Source: Bacillota bacterium (GTDB lineage: Bacteria; Bacillota; Clostridia; Acetivibrionales; JAEXSP01). From it: a stretch of 64,000 nt of DNA. The notes beneath the pieces were generated by a model. The model searched no databases, was not told the origin of the DNA, and saw nothing but the letters and a program-made list of their open reading frames with translations. The DNA is taken from contig JAEXSP010000010.1 of the NCBI GenBank assembly GCA_023453795.1, positions 1-64,000 on the forward strand, read 5' to 3'. Below, one piece after another: positions 9,506-20,900 of this stretch (within the stretch, counting starts at the first letter, position 1; each line of letters begins with the position of its first letter). The position numbers and the translations under genes were made by a program.

Positions 9506-12178
9506 TCAAGCCTGATCGCTGTCAGTCTTACGAACCATCGAATTCTGTATAATCTTGATTACCTCGGCAATCGGTATTATTGCTATAGATGCGGCTAACA
9601 CGATGCCCCATTGCGTAAGGTTCAAGGTGGTTACCCTGAATATATCGTTTAGGAACGGTACAATGATAACTATTAATTGAAGCAGTGCTGAAACGGCAAT
9701 TGCTCCTATAAGATACCTGTTACTGAAGATCCCTATCCTGAAAAGAGACTTGTCATTGGACCTGACATTGAGCGAATGTGTAAGCTGGATGAGTCCAAGC
9801 GTTGCAAATGCAATAGTTGTTGCTATTTCAGGGTTGTAAAGCTCCCTGCCGATATAATAAGCCAGCAGCGTAAGCAAGCCTTTGCAGATTCCCTGCGTAA
9901 TTATATTAATTCCGACTCTGTTGGAGAAAAAGCTGCTGTTAGCTTTCCTGGGTTTTTGCTTCATGATATCCTTCTCAGACTTCTCAACTCCCAGCGCAAG
10001 AGCCGGCAATGTATCTGTTACAAGGTTCACCCAAAGTATATGAATCGGAAAAAGAATTGTCCAGTTGAGCATCGTGGCAACAAACAAAGTCACAACTTCA
10101 CCAAGGTTCGAGGATAACAGGAATTGTATAGCTTTGCGTATATTACTGTATATCTTTCTGCCTTCCTCAACCGCAACAACAATTGTTGCGAAATTATCAT
10201 CCGCAAGAACCATGCTCGATACACCCTTGGCAACATCAGTACCGGTAATTCCCATCCCGATGCCGATGTCGGATGCCTTCAGTGCAGGAGCATCGTTAAC
10301 ACCGTCACCGGTCATTGCAACAATCTTCCCTTTTTTCTTCCATGCATTCACGATTCTAACCTTATGCTCCGGAGAAACTCTGGCATAAACTGAATATTTT
10401 GTTACGAGGTTCTCGAAATCTTCATCAGAAATCTTGCTTAATTCACTGCCTGTAATAACTTCATCTTTATTCTTAATAATCCCAAGTTCCGCCGCAATTG
10501 CCGCTGCTGTATCCTTATGGTCTCCGGTTATCATTACCGCCCGGATGCCTGCTTGTTTACATACTTTGACTGCTTCCTTCACTTCCTCCCTCGGAGGGTC
10601 GATCATTCCCACGAGACCGACAAAAGTCATTCCGTTTTCAACAGCTTCACTGGTTAATTCTTCAGGTACTGCTTCCATGTCTTTCACAGCTACCGCTAGT
10701 ACCCTGAGCGCTTTTCCTGCCATAGCTCTGTTGGCCTCAATGATACCCTTGACATGTTCCTGTGTCATCTCTGTTACCTTGCCGTCCAGAAGAATCCCTG
10801 TGCACCTGTCAAGCAGAACATCCGGCGCCCCTTTTGTTATGGCACGGAATTTCTCATTTTCCTTATTGATTGTTGTCATCAGCTTTCTTTCCGAATCAAA
10901 GGGAATCTCATCAACCCTCGGAGCATTCTCCTCTATTTTTCCCTTATACAGGCCTTTTGACGATGCGAAATATGTCAAAGCGGTCTCTGTCGGATCCCCC
11001 ATATATTTCAATTCTCCCGTTTCACCTTTGGAAGGTTTTGAATCATTGCATAATACCATTGAATGCATAAAGGTCGTATAGCTTCCCCTGCTGTCACTTA
11101 AATCTTCAGCATCTGATATATTTCCGTCAAGATATGCTTGTTTAACTGTCATTTTATTTTGCGTGAGGGTACCTGTCTTATCAGAGCAAATGATTTCAGT
11201 ACTACCCAAGGTCTCAACTGCCGAAAGCTTTCTGATAATAGACTTTCGCTTTGCCATTTTCTGTACACCCAGAGCAAGAACAATGGTGATTACCGCCGGA
11301 AGCCCCTCAGGAATAGCCGCTACAGCCAGACTTACGGATGTAAGAAACATCTCGAAGTAATCCCTGCCTTGCAGCACTCCAACAGCGAAAATGACAATAG
11401 AAATCCCAATGATCCCGATTGTAAGGAATTTACTCATTTCGGCAAGCTTTTTCTGAAGCGGTGTCCTGTCAAACTCGGTACCGGCAAGGTGTTTGGCAAT
11501 TTTTCCGACTTCAGTATTCATACCTGCGGCAGTAACGACACCCATTCCTCTTCCATAAGTAACGCTGCTTCCTGCGTAGGCCATATTTTTTCTGTCGCCG
11601 ATAACAATATCTTCCTTATCAATGCTTGATATGATTTTTTCTGAAGGGACAGATTCTCCTGTTAGTGCAGCCTCTTCGATTTTTAAACTTGCCGACTGCA
11701 GAAGCCTCATATCCGAGGGAATAAAATCCCCCGCTTCCAGAAGCACAATATCACCCGGAACAACCTCCTCAGTATTGATCTGCTTGGTCTCACCGTTTCT
11801 TTTCACCTTAACATGAGGAGAAGACATTTTCTTAAGAGCATCCAAAGCCTTCTCAGCTTTGCTCTCCTGCATAACGCCAAGGACTGCATTAATCAGGACA
11901 ACGACCAGAATGATAACCGTGTCCGTCAACTCGTTCATGAAGCCGGATATTGCTGCCGCAACCAAAAGAATAATTACCATTATTTCTTTGAACTGCTCAA
12001 TAAACATGAAGAAAAGAGTCTTCTTTTTTCCTTCTTCCAACTCATTTCTGCCGTAAACGTTCAAGCGGTTGACTGCTTCCTCATCACTGATTCCATCTTG
12101 AGATGAATGAAGGTAGTCCAGTACTTCCTTACTTTCCATGGTATGAAAAAGAATTTCTTTTGACTTGTTATTTTCCAT
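9506..12178 (-). CDS. Calcium-translocating P-type ATPase (PMCA/YloB-type, P2 family)
   Basis: DKTGTLT phosphorylation motif, TGDGVNDAPALK hinge motif, TGES actuator motif and 10-TM architecture. Length is 890 aa. Confidence 0.9.
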   Translation of the reverse strand: MENNKSKEILFHTMESKEVLDYLHSSQDGISDEEAVNRLNVYGRNELEEGKKKTLFFMFIEQFKEIMVIILLVAAAISGFMNELTDTVIILVVVLINAVLGVMQESKAEKALDALKKMSSPHVKVKRNGETKQINTEEVVPGDIVLLEAGDFIPSDMRLLQSASLKIEEAALTGESVPSEKIISSIDKEDIVIGDRKNMAYAGSSVTYGRGMGVVTAAGMNTEVGKIAKHLAGTEFDRTPLQKKLAEMSKFLTIGIIGISIVIFAVGVLQGRDYFEMFLTSVSLAVAAIPEGLPAVITIVLALGVQKMAKRKSIIRKLSAVETLGSTEIICSDKTGTLTQNKMTVKQAYLDGNISDAEDLSDSRGSYTTFMHSMVLCNDSKPSKGETGELKYMGDPTETALTYFASSKGLYKGKIEENAPRVDEIPFDSERKLMTTINKENEKFRAITKGAPDVLLDRCTGILLDGKVTEMTQEHVKGIIEANRAMAGKALRVLAVAVKDMEAVPEELTSEAVENGMTFVGLVGMIDPPREEVKEAVKVCKQAGIRAVMITGDHKDTAAAIAAELGIIKNKDEVITGSELSKISDEDFENLVTKYSVYARVSPEHKVRIVNAWKKKGKIVAMTGDGVNDAPALKASDIGIGMGITGTDVAKGVSSMVLADDNFATIVVAVEEGRKIYSNIRKAIQFLLSSNLGEVVTLFVATMLNWTILFPIHILWVNLVTDTLPALALGVEKSEKDIMKQKPRKANSSFFSNRVGINIITQGICKGLLTLLAYYIGRELYNPEIATTIAFATLGLIQLTHSLNVRSNDKSLFRIGIFSNRYLIGAIAVSALLQLIVIIVPFLNDIFRVTTLNLTQWGIVLAASIAIIPIAEVIKIIQNSMVRKTDSDQA

Positions 12179-12211
12179 AGATTCAGCTCCTCCTTAAATA
12201 TATTATTTGTA

Positions 12212-12248
12212 TAAAAAAACTCCGCATCCAAAAAAATCGGATGCAGAG
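12212..12248 (-). terminator. Rho-independent terminator of the flotillin-like gene
   Basis: Minus strand: CTCTGCATCCGA-ttttttt-GGATGCGGAG followed by TTTTTTT. Confidence 0.6.
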
Positions 12249-12482
12249 TCTCACAAAACATTTTTATACACCGCAATAATACAATACAAGCGTTGCAGTG
12301 ATTGTAATAAAGCCGGGTTCAAGAACCGTAATGACGACTTTATTTCCTGCCGACGGCAGTCGTTACTCCCTCTGAAAACATTATACAAATTATTATGAGT
12401 ATAGCATGCATTATTACCATGAGTCAATAAACTTTTAAGGAGTTTTCAAGGGGAAAGGCAGCTGCCATCCCCCTTGAACCGC

Positions 12483-14582
12483 TTAATCAACCGTCTCAGT
12501 CTTTTCCTTTGCTGCACTGCTGTCTTCTAGAGAACCCAATATGGCTTCCTTGATCTTTTTAACCTTCTCATTTTCTTCTGTTCTGCCGTCTGCTGCACCT
12601 ATATCAAGGCCTAGCTTATCGCTTATCAGGAGGTTTATAAGAACATCAAAAGCATTTGCCGTGCTGCTGCCCTTATCCGACCCCATACTGATAACAGTCT
12701 TCGGAACCAGTTCAACTCCTGATTTTTCTACCGCTGCAGTGAATTTGCCCATAATATCCTGCATCAACTGATAACGTGATCCGCCGTAAGCCCTTACCTG
12801 TTCTTCGATTGCAAGCGCCTTACCTATACCAACCTTGGCTTCCTTCTCGGCCTCAGCCTCGGCAATAGCTTTGATCTTAGCAGCTTCACCCTGCGCTATA
12901 CGGCTGATTTTTTCGGATTCAGCCTCGGCAAGGGTCTTGATCTTGGCAGCTTCCTGCATTGCTCTCTGGTATTCAGCCTTACCATGGTTACCCTGCACCT
13001 GAATGTTGATGTCAGATTCGGTAAGAATCCTTTGCTGTGCTGCCTTTGACTCAGCTTCCTTAAGCTCTCTTTCCTTTTCAGCCGCCTTTTGCTGCTGCGA
13101 ATAGGTTTCTACCTGTTCCTGCGCAATCTGTCTGTCACGAAGCTGTGCAAGTATTAGCTCAATCTTGTTGTCATTTGCTGATGATGAAGGAGTTCCAATC
13201 AAAACCTCTTCAAGTTCAAGGTTATAGTGAGTAAATTTAGCTTTCATCTCTTCAGAGGACTTTGCCTGTATTTCATTTCTTTCCTGTATGATCTGTATAA
13301 GTGTCTTAGTCTGACCGATGTTTTTAAAGTATGCCGAAACCATAGGGTCAAGAGTCTGGTCAACAAGCATCTTGACATCTCCAAACCTCTGTATTACCAA
13401 AGGAGCCTTTTTATAGTCTATGTGCATAACAACCGACAACGGAAGTGAAGGTTCGAAGGCATCTTTAGTAATAAGGCTGACTTCCTTAAGGTTCTCGTCA
13501 TATCTGTGGGCACCGCTCTGATTGCTGATCCACTTAAGTATTATATTGGTTGTCGGCACTCTGACAATCTTTCCGGCATAGGTATTAAATGCATATTTAC
13601 CCGGCATTAATGGGTCAGCCCAAACACCCCTGAAGCCTTGACCAACCAGTTCTCCGTGCTTGTAATCGGCACCAGTTGAATCCTGCCCTTTTGTCCCTAT
13701 ATAGGATACTACAACTCCGACAAATCCGATATCTATGACAGTTTTATCTATTAGTTCAACAGTAGCAAACAATCTGTTTATAAAGTAGGTACCTTCTACA
13801 AGAACTTGGTACTGCCTACCCCTGTAACCACAAGCCCTCAGGAACTTTTCAGGATCCTGGAAGTTATTGTGGTAGGTTTCCTTATCAGCTACATTGTCAC
13901 CTACGGTAGGAGCAATAATGTCATCTTTGTTAAGGGACGGGCCGTCATGAACTGTTACTATACCAACCTTGTCATCAGCACCCTTTATAACTATCGGCTT
14001 AAAGCCGTCTCTTTCCCTTAAGAGCTCAGCCATCTTGTTAATTGTTGCATCTTCTGCAAAAGTTCCCATCGGGAGATAATAAACCTTATCTTCTGTTATG
14101 ACTATAAACTGTGCAAGGTTGAATGCGTATGTTCCTTCACGGACAATCCCTCTCTGAGGACCCTTTTGTCCTCCATTGCTGATGAAACCACGCACATCCT
14201 GGAAGTTATTAGACTCAGGCACAATCTTGCCGAGTGTCTGTGTAGGTTCCAAAGGCTGACCGTCACGTGCGAATACATACGCCATCTGGCCTTGAGGTAT
14301 TGTTACAAGCGAACAGGTATGAACCTTGTATTTGAATGGAGTCCTGAAGTGAATACCACCCCTTAAAACTTCCGGCTGGTAGCCTGCTTCTCCATTCAGT
14401 GCAATTATCTGTGAATCAAGTGATCCCTTCATCGACCACCATTTTTCAACTATGCCTATTTTATTGTTTGGAATTATTCTGAGTCCGATAAGCTTCCAAA
14501 GAATGATTATGCCTATCAGCGACCCCACAACTATAATCGGAATAGTCCAATCGATATTTTCTAACATTTTAATCCCCCTCAA
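12483..14582 (-). CDS. Flotillin-like SPFH/Band-7 domain protein (YqiK/FloA-type) with long coiled-coil
   Basis: N-terminal TM, then an SPFH domain, then E/A/K-rich coiled-coil repeats (EAEKEAKV..., AKIKAIAEAEAEK). Length is 699 aa. Confidence 0.75.
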   Translation of the reverse strand: MRGIKMLENIDWTIPIIVVGSLIGIIILWKLIGLRIIPNNKIGIVEKWWSMKGSLDSQIIALNGEAGYQPEVLRGGIHFRTPFKYKVHTCSLVTIPQGQMAYVFARDGQPLEPTQTLGKIVPESNNFQDVRGFISNGGQKGPQRGIVREGTYAFNLAQFIVITEDKVYYLPMGTFAEDATINKMAELLRERDGFKPIVIKGADDKVGIVTVHDGPSLNKDDIIAPTVGDNVADKETYHNNFQDPEKFLRACGYRGRQYQVLVEGTYFINRLFATVELIDKTVIDIGFVGVVVSYIGTKGQDSTGADYKHGELVGQGFRGVWADPLMPGKYAFNTYAGKIVRVPTTNIILKWISNQSGAHRYDENLKEVSLITKDAFEPSLPLSVVMHIDYKKAPLVIQRFGDVKMLVDQTLDPMVSAYFKNIGQTKTLIQIIQERNEIQAKSSEEMKAKFTHYNLELEEVLIGTPSSSANDNKIELILAQLRDRQIAQEQVETYSQQQKAAEKERELKEAESKAAQQRILTESDINIQVQGNHGKAEYQRAMQEAAKIKTLAEAESEKISRIAQGEAAKIKAIAEAEAEKEAKVGIGKALAIEEQVRAYGGSRYQLMQDIMGKFTAAVEKSGVELVPKTVISMGSDKGSSTANAFDVLINLLISDKLGLDIGAADGRTEENEKVKKIKEAILGSLEDSSAAKEKTETVD

Positions 14583-14971
14583 TATTATTTTTTTGAGCTT
14601 TTTATTATATTGTAGTTACATTTCTTTCATTCCAAATCTTTTATTTGAGGAGCCACTCCCGGGAAGTGCTTTGCACCGTTTAAGGTGTTGACCTGTCAAA
14701 CGTACCGGATCAGGAATTTAAGCCGTAACTATTATTCAACTGTTTTGTTAAAATCAGCTGAACTATAGATAAGATTATACGCTTGTTAAATAGATAACAA
14801 AAGCTTCAGGAAACCGACACTTTTATCACGCGAATATCCCGCAATAAATTGAATCAATTTATATCCTTCGCTCGCATCCGGTCTTCATGAATCTCTTGTT
14901 TTCACTTTCTTACACTATCAACTCCTTCTTCAAAATACCGGAAGTCCCCCCAAACATATGCTGAATTTAGA

Positions 14972-17900
14972 CTATTTTCCCATAATGACCTCTACTTCAT
15001 GACGGGAGCCATCATTTATAAGCACAAACGAATTCCCCTGCATTTTAGTTCCGTCCAATGCAATACTCAGTACTCCTTTATTGATTCCTTGAGGGTTTTT
15101 AACCTTTATTTTATAGGCTGTGTCGATAAATTTGTAGTTGATTTCATACTCCTTCCACCTTTTGGGGATGCAAGGCTCCATCACAACGGAATCGCCATTC
15201 TTGCGAAAACCAAGCAGATACTCAACTCCTGCACGGTATACCCATCCCGCAGACCCCGTATACCAAGTCCAGCCGCCTCTTCCTGTATGCGGGTGCACTG
15301 CATAAACATCCGCTGCCATAACATATGGTTCTGCCTTGTACCTGGAATACTCCATGAAGGTTCGCGTATGATTGATCGGATTTATCAGTTCAAAGAACTC
15401 CCATGCCTTATCGCCCTCTCCAAGCTCAGCAAAAGCAATTATAACCCAGGCTGCCGCATGAGTATATTGTCCGCCGTTTTCCCTTACACCCGGAACATAT
15501 CCTTTTATATAGCCTGGTTCCAGATCTCCCTCGTCAAACGGCGGTGTGAGAAGCTTAATGAGACAATCCTCCTTCTGCACCAGATAATCCTCTAACGAAC
15601 ACATTGCCTGCAAAACCTTTTTTGGTTCCCCTGCACCTGAAATCACTGACCAGGTCTGCGCAATTGAATCTATTTTGCATTCGCTGTTATTTACTGAACC
15701 CAAAGGTATCCCGCTGTCAAAATAGGCCCTTCTGTACCAGTTTCCATCCCATGCGTTTTCATCTATAGCCGATGCAAGTTTACTTCTGATTTCCGCATAT
15801 CTGTCTGCCGTCGCATCGTCATTTTTCTTTCTGCATATTTTCGAAAAGCTTTCGAGAACTGAGCAAATAAACCACCCGAGCCATACACTTTCGCCGAAAC
15901 CGAGGTTACCTACAGTGCTCATGCCGTCGTTCCAGTCGCCGGAGCCCATAAGAGGAAGTCCGTGCTTTCCGAATTTCAGGCCCTTCTCAATCGCTCTCAA
16001 ACAATGCTCATAGACCGTACCCTTTGTATTTGATACCGTAGGTGCGGTATATCTTTCATCTTCAAATTCCCTTAGCGGCTCATCTTCAATATAGGGCGTT
16101 TCAAGGTCTAGGATCGTATAATCCCCTGTAACCCTGACGTATTCCGCAGTAACATAAGGAAGCCACAAAAGGTCATCTGAAAATCTGGTTCTTGTACCTT
16201 TTCCGAGTGGTTCATGCCACCAGTGCTGAACATCACCCTCCACAAATTGGTGACGTGCATGGTATAAAATCTGCTCCCTTGGGAATTCGGGCCATACGGA
16301 CAACAAGGGCAGACAATCCTGAAGCTGATCCCTGAAGCCGAATGCACCTCCTGACTGATAGAAAGCAGATCTTGACCACAGCCTGCACGAGATCACCTGA
16401 TACATGAGCCAGCCGTTCAGCATCAAGTCCATTGATGCATCCGGGGTATGAACCTTTATTGTACCGATTTTATCCTTCCAAAACTTAACTGCTTCTTCAA
16501 GAGCTTTTTTCGCATTATCCAAATCTTTATACTTAAGCATAATAGATTTGGCTTCGTCATAATTATCTGCCGCTCCAAACAGGAAAACCATTTCTTTAGC
16601 AGCACCTTGCGGAATATTTATTACGACCTGCAAGGCTGCACAGGAATCATAACCCGTACCTGCCGTTCCCGACAGCTTTTCCCTTCTTAAAGCGTCAGGA
16701 GTGCCAATACTTCCGGAACCTAGGAATTCCTTCCTGTCCCCGGTATATGACACTTCTCCTTCTGTAGTTATAAAACTGACCTTGCCTTTAAATTCCTCAT
16801 TATAAGGGTTCTCAATTATAAGTGCTCCGGTCTCATCGAATGCAGTTCTTATGTGCATTGAAGTTACCTGGTCGCTAACTCCAAGAACAGGCCTTATATA
16901 ATAAAAGAGACTTATATTTCTTGCCTTTTCGCTAAAGTTTCTTAATTTAACAATACTGATTTTTACACTTTCCTTGACCGGTACAAACTGAATAAGACTT
17001 TGTTCTATTCCCATTGTATTATGCTCAAAGGCTGTGTATCCGAAACCATGCCTGACAATATAAGCATTCTCATCCCTTACCGGAAGAGGCGTAGGGGACC
17101 AAAACCGGCCTGTTTCGTTGTCTCTGATGTAAAGAACTTCACCCGGCGGGTCACTTACCGGATCATTAGACCATGGGGTAAGCTTGTTTTCCCTGCTGTT
17201 CTCATACCAGGTATATCCTGAGCCTGATTCGGATACGATAAAGCCGAATTTTGAATTTGCAATGACATTTATCCATGGTGCAGGAGTATTTTGATCTTTT
17301 TCAAGCCTTATCACGTACTCATTCCCATTACTTCCGAATCCGCCCAAACCATTGAAATACTCCAGTTTTTCTTCATTTGGCTCAAGCTTTTCAAAAGAGC
17401 TTGCTTCTTTTGAAATCTCAAGCTTCTTCGGATAGTGCATTTTGTTTTTGATTTTCACCTGCTCGGCAATAGACCCTGCATCCCCCCTTAAAATAATTCT
17501 TGCGGCAGCATACAGCAAGTCAACATCTTCATCAGGCATTTTATTCGTGTCTATTAAGAATACTCCTCCGGATTTATTCAATATGTCATTGGTATAGATT
17601 GATAGAACCATATCCGATAAAAGACCGAACAACGGATTAGTATAGCTGTTCTCTTCATCGCTCAAAACCACGAGATCTACATTAAGGCCCAAGAGTCTCC
17701 AATATTCATGAGCCTTAAGCACTTCAAAAAGTATGTCTGTTTCATCCGTTTTCTTTAAAATTACAAGCACAATCGGCAGATCGCCTGATATTCCGTAAGC
17801 CCACAGAGAGGACTGTCCTTTCCGGTTTTTGGCTACCCGCTCGCTGTAGAGCCTTCGTACCGGGCTGACAAATACGATGCTTGAAAGCATTTCCTGGTAA

Positions 17901-20900
17901 AGCTCGATTTCCGCAGCTTTTCTATTCAAGTACTTTGCTTCCACCTGGCTTCTGATCAATGCAAGCCTGAAAGCGCCTTCTATTGAATCTACTGTAGAAT
18001 ATTTATCTACCAGTGCAAGAAGCGGCTCTTCATACTCGCTTACAATTGTAACAAAGGATATCTTTGTTATTTTTCCCGGCTCTGCTTTAATGCGAATTTT
18101 AATAGACATTATGGGGTCAAGCACCGCTCCAACAGTATTAGAAAGCGGTTTTGCCCTGTTTATCGCTGCCGGATTTGCAGCAGTATTACCGCGTCCTATG
18201 AATTGGGCACGGTCAGTCTCATACTGAATATCTCCGATAATCTCCCCATCTGCTACAACTCTGTTTGCTATCCATGTGCTCTTATCAGACTCAGACCTCG
18301 GCCGCCTGTTTGCAACAAGGCATTTTCTGTCATGCAGGAAGTCAGTCTTTATAAACAGATTACTGAACGCCGGGTGTGCAACATCTGCGCTCTGAGGAGC
18401 AAGCACCACCTCGAAATAGCTTGTTATATCGATAGTGCTTGCCGTTTTACCGTAGTTCTTCAGTGAAACTTTTCTTATTTCAACGTTGTCGCCCGATGCT
18501 GTTATAACCTCGGTCATTGTTTCAATATCACCGTCACGTCTTCTGAACATTGCCTTATCTTGAGTAAAAACCACTTCATATTTCTCTGGCATGACATTAA
18601 AGGGTGCGTAAGTTGACGTCCAGACAGAATTGCTTTCAATATTCCTTAAATAGAAAAACATTCCGTAGCTGTCCCGTACACTGTCTTCCCTCCATCTTGT
18701 TACAGTTGCCATCTTGTTTCTGCTGAAGCCGGTGCCTTTGTCGGTTATCATTATTGAATAATTGCCGTTTGACAGTATATGCGTTTTCGGCAGCACGGGA
18801 TCAGGTGCAGTATACTTGCGGATGGGCCCTTTTTCTTTATATACCGCATCTTTAAACGGCATTACTTTTTCCTTGCTTTCCTTGGTGATTATAACACTGG
18901 AAGGCACTTTTTCCTGAAGCAGCAAACGAGCGGCCCTTACGACCGGATCTGCATGAAAACGCCTCTGCATGGCATTGGAATTGAGGAAGTTGTTAAGTGA
19001 AAGAAGGCTCATGCCTTGGTGGTGGGCCATATAGCTCTTTACTATTGCCCTTTTTTCACCGAAGGGAAGCCTTTCCGGGGTATAATCAACAGCTTCGTAA
19101 TAGCCGTATGCACCTTCAAGACCTTCATTTTTCAGCATGAGGATATTTTCATAAGCACTTACGGGATCAACAAGCAGAGCAAGAAAAGTTGCGTAAGGTG
19201 CAGCAACCGCATCCTGTATAAGGCCCCTTTTTAAGCCTAGCCATGGAACACCTATTGCCTTGTACTGATAATCGAGGCTGACGTCCAGGGAATTGAAGCC
19301 TGACTCCGAAGCCCCCCACGGCATGCCTCTAAGCTTCCCGTATTTTTTCTGGCTCCTTATGACGAAGGAATAGGTCTCATCAAGCAAGGTGTTCTTAAAG
19401 CTTTTCATAAGCAGCAGCGGCATAAGGTATTCAAACATAGTCCCTGTCCAGGACACAAGGCCCTTATAGCCATCAAGCACCGTGAGTGCTCTTCCGAGCT
19501 TGCCCCAATGCCTCGGTTCAACTTCCCCGCGGGCAATAGCTATATAGCTTGTTTGACGGGCTTCCGAAGCAAACAGGTCGTAAAAGGAATTGGTAAGCCT
19601 GTTCTCTTCAATATTGTAGCCGATAGAAAACAACTGCTTTTTCTCTACATAAAGCGGAAGGAATTTGATTTCTTCGGATATAATGCTTAACCTTTCACAA
19701 AGCCCTTTTATCCTGCTTATTAGGCTTTGGGAATGCTCCACCGATGCTGCCAGAAGACCTTTCAGTGTCTCAAGCCAACCGATGCTTGAAATATCGGCAT
19801 CAATAGCAACAAGGTCTCCCCGCAGCCTATCTGTCATGCTTATTGCGCGCATATAATGTTCAGGGAGTCCATTAAGGCATATGTTTTCCTTAAGCATTTC
19901 TGCAATTGCTTTTGTCTGCTCCAATACTTTTTCATACTTCTGGTTATTAACCAAGCCATCAGGAATATCTGCCAATAGGTTTACCCACGGCATAATATCT
20001 GCAAGCTCATTGTTAAACATCTTAACAGCATTGGCACCTTTGGATTCCCAGGAAATTTTTCTTGCATTGGAAAGGTTGAAATATTCAGAAAGCTCGTTTA
20101 ATGCGGATTTCCAGAGAACCGGATCTATTGTTTTTTTCACTTCAATCTCCTTAAGAGTTCCGGTTGCAAACCCGGATTCATCCCCTCCCCTGCCCAATAT
20201 GTTTATAATATCCATAAATCCGTGTATGAAAGCTTTATCAATTAGCGGCGCATCAAGATATTCTTTAAGCCCTTGAATCAAGGTTATTAAGTAGCAGACA
20301 AAGTTTCCGCTGTCTACAGTTGAGATATATCCGGGCCTCAAGGGTTTGAGCGTACGGGTGTCATACCAGTTGTAAAGATGGCCGTTCCATTTATCAAGCC
20401 TCTCAATGGTTAAAACAGCGTTTTCCAGCAGGCCTGCCATTTCAGAGGTGCTTATATACCCCATATCCCTTGCCGAAAGTATCGCCAGCAGGCCCAGGCC
20501 TATATTTGTAGGAGATGTTCTGTAAGCAATACCCCTCGGGGGATCCTCCTGAAAATTGTCCGGTATAAGGTAATGGTTCCTGAAATTTGCAAACTCTTCA
20601 AAATACCTATAGGTTTTTCTGGCAATCTTCCGCAATTCCATTCGCCCAGCCTCAGGAAGCACAGGAATTTTATCCTCCTGCTCCCTGCTTATATAAAATG
20701 CAACCTGCGGAGAGGCAGTCCAGAACACCAACGGAATAATGCTGTAGACAAACCATCCGGGCTTCAGCAGAATTGACAAAATGCAGACCAAAAGCCCCAT
20801 AGCTGAAGAAATGTACATTTTTCTCCAGTAGCTTGATACGGAATTCTTTTGTCCTCTTTCTGCATCAGCTGCAGTCACCCATTCAAGCATATTCCTTTTA

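Noticed and set aside
12207-12398. Small ORFs (12061-12276, 12207-12398) in the gap between the Ca-ATPase and flotillin genes.
   Set aside because: The region is occupied by two terminator hairpins. There is no RBS and the ORFs overlap the ATPase 5' end.
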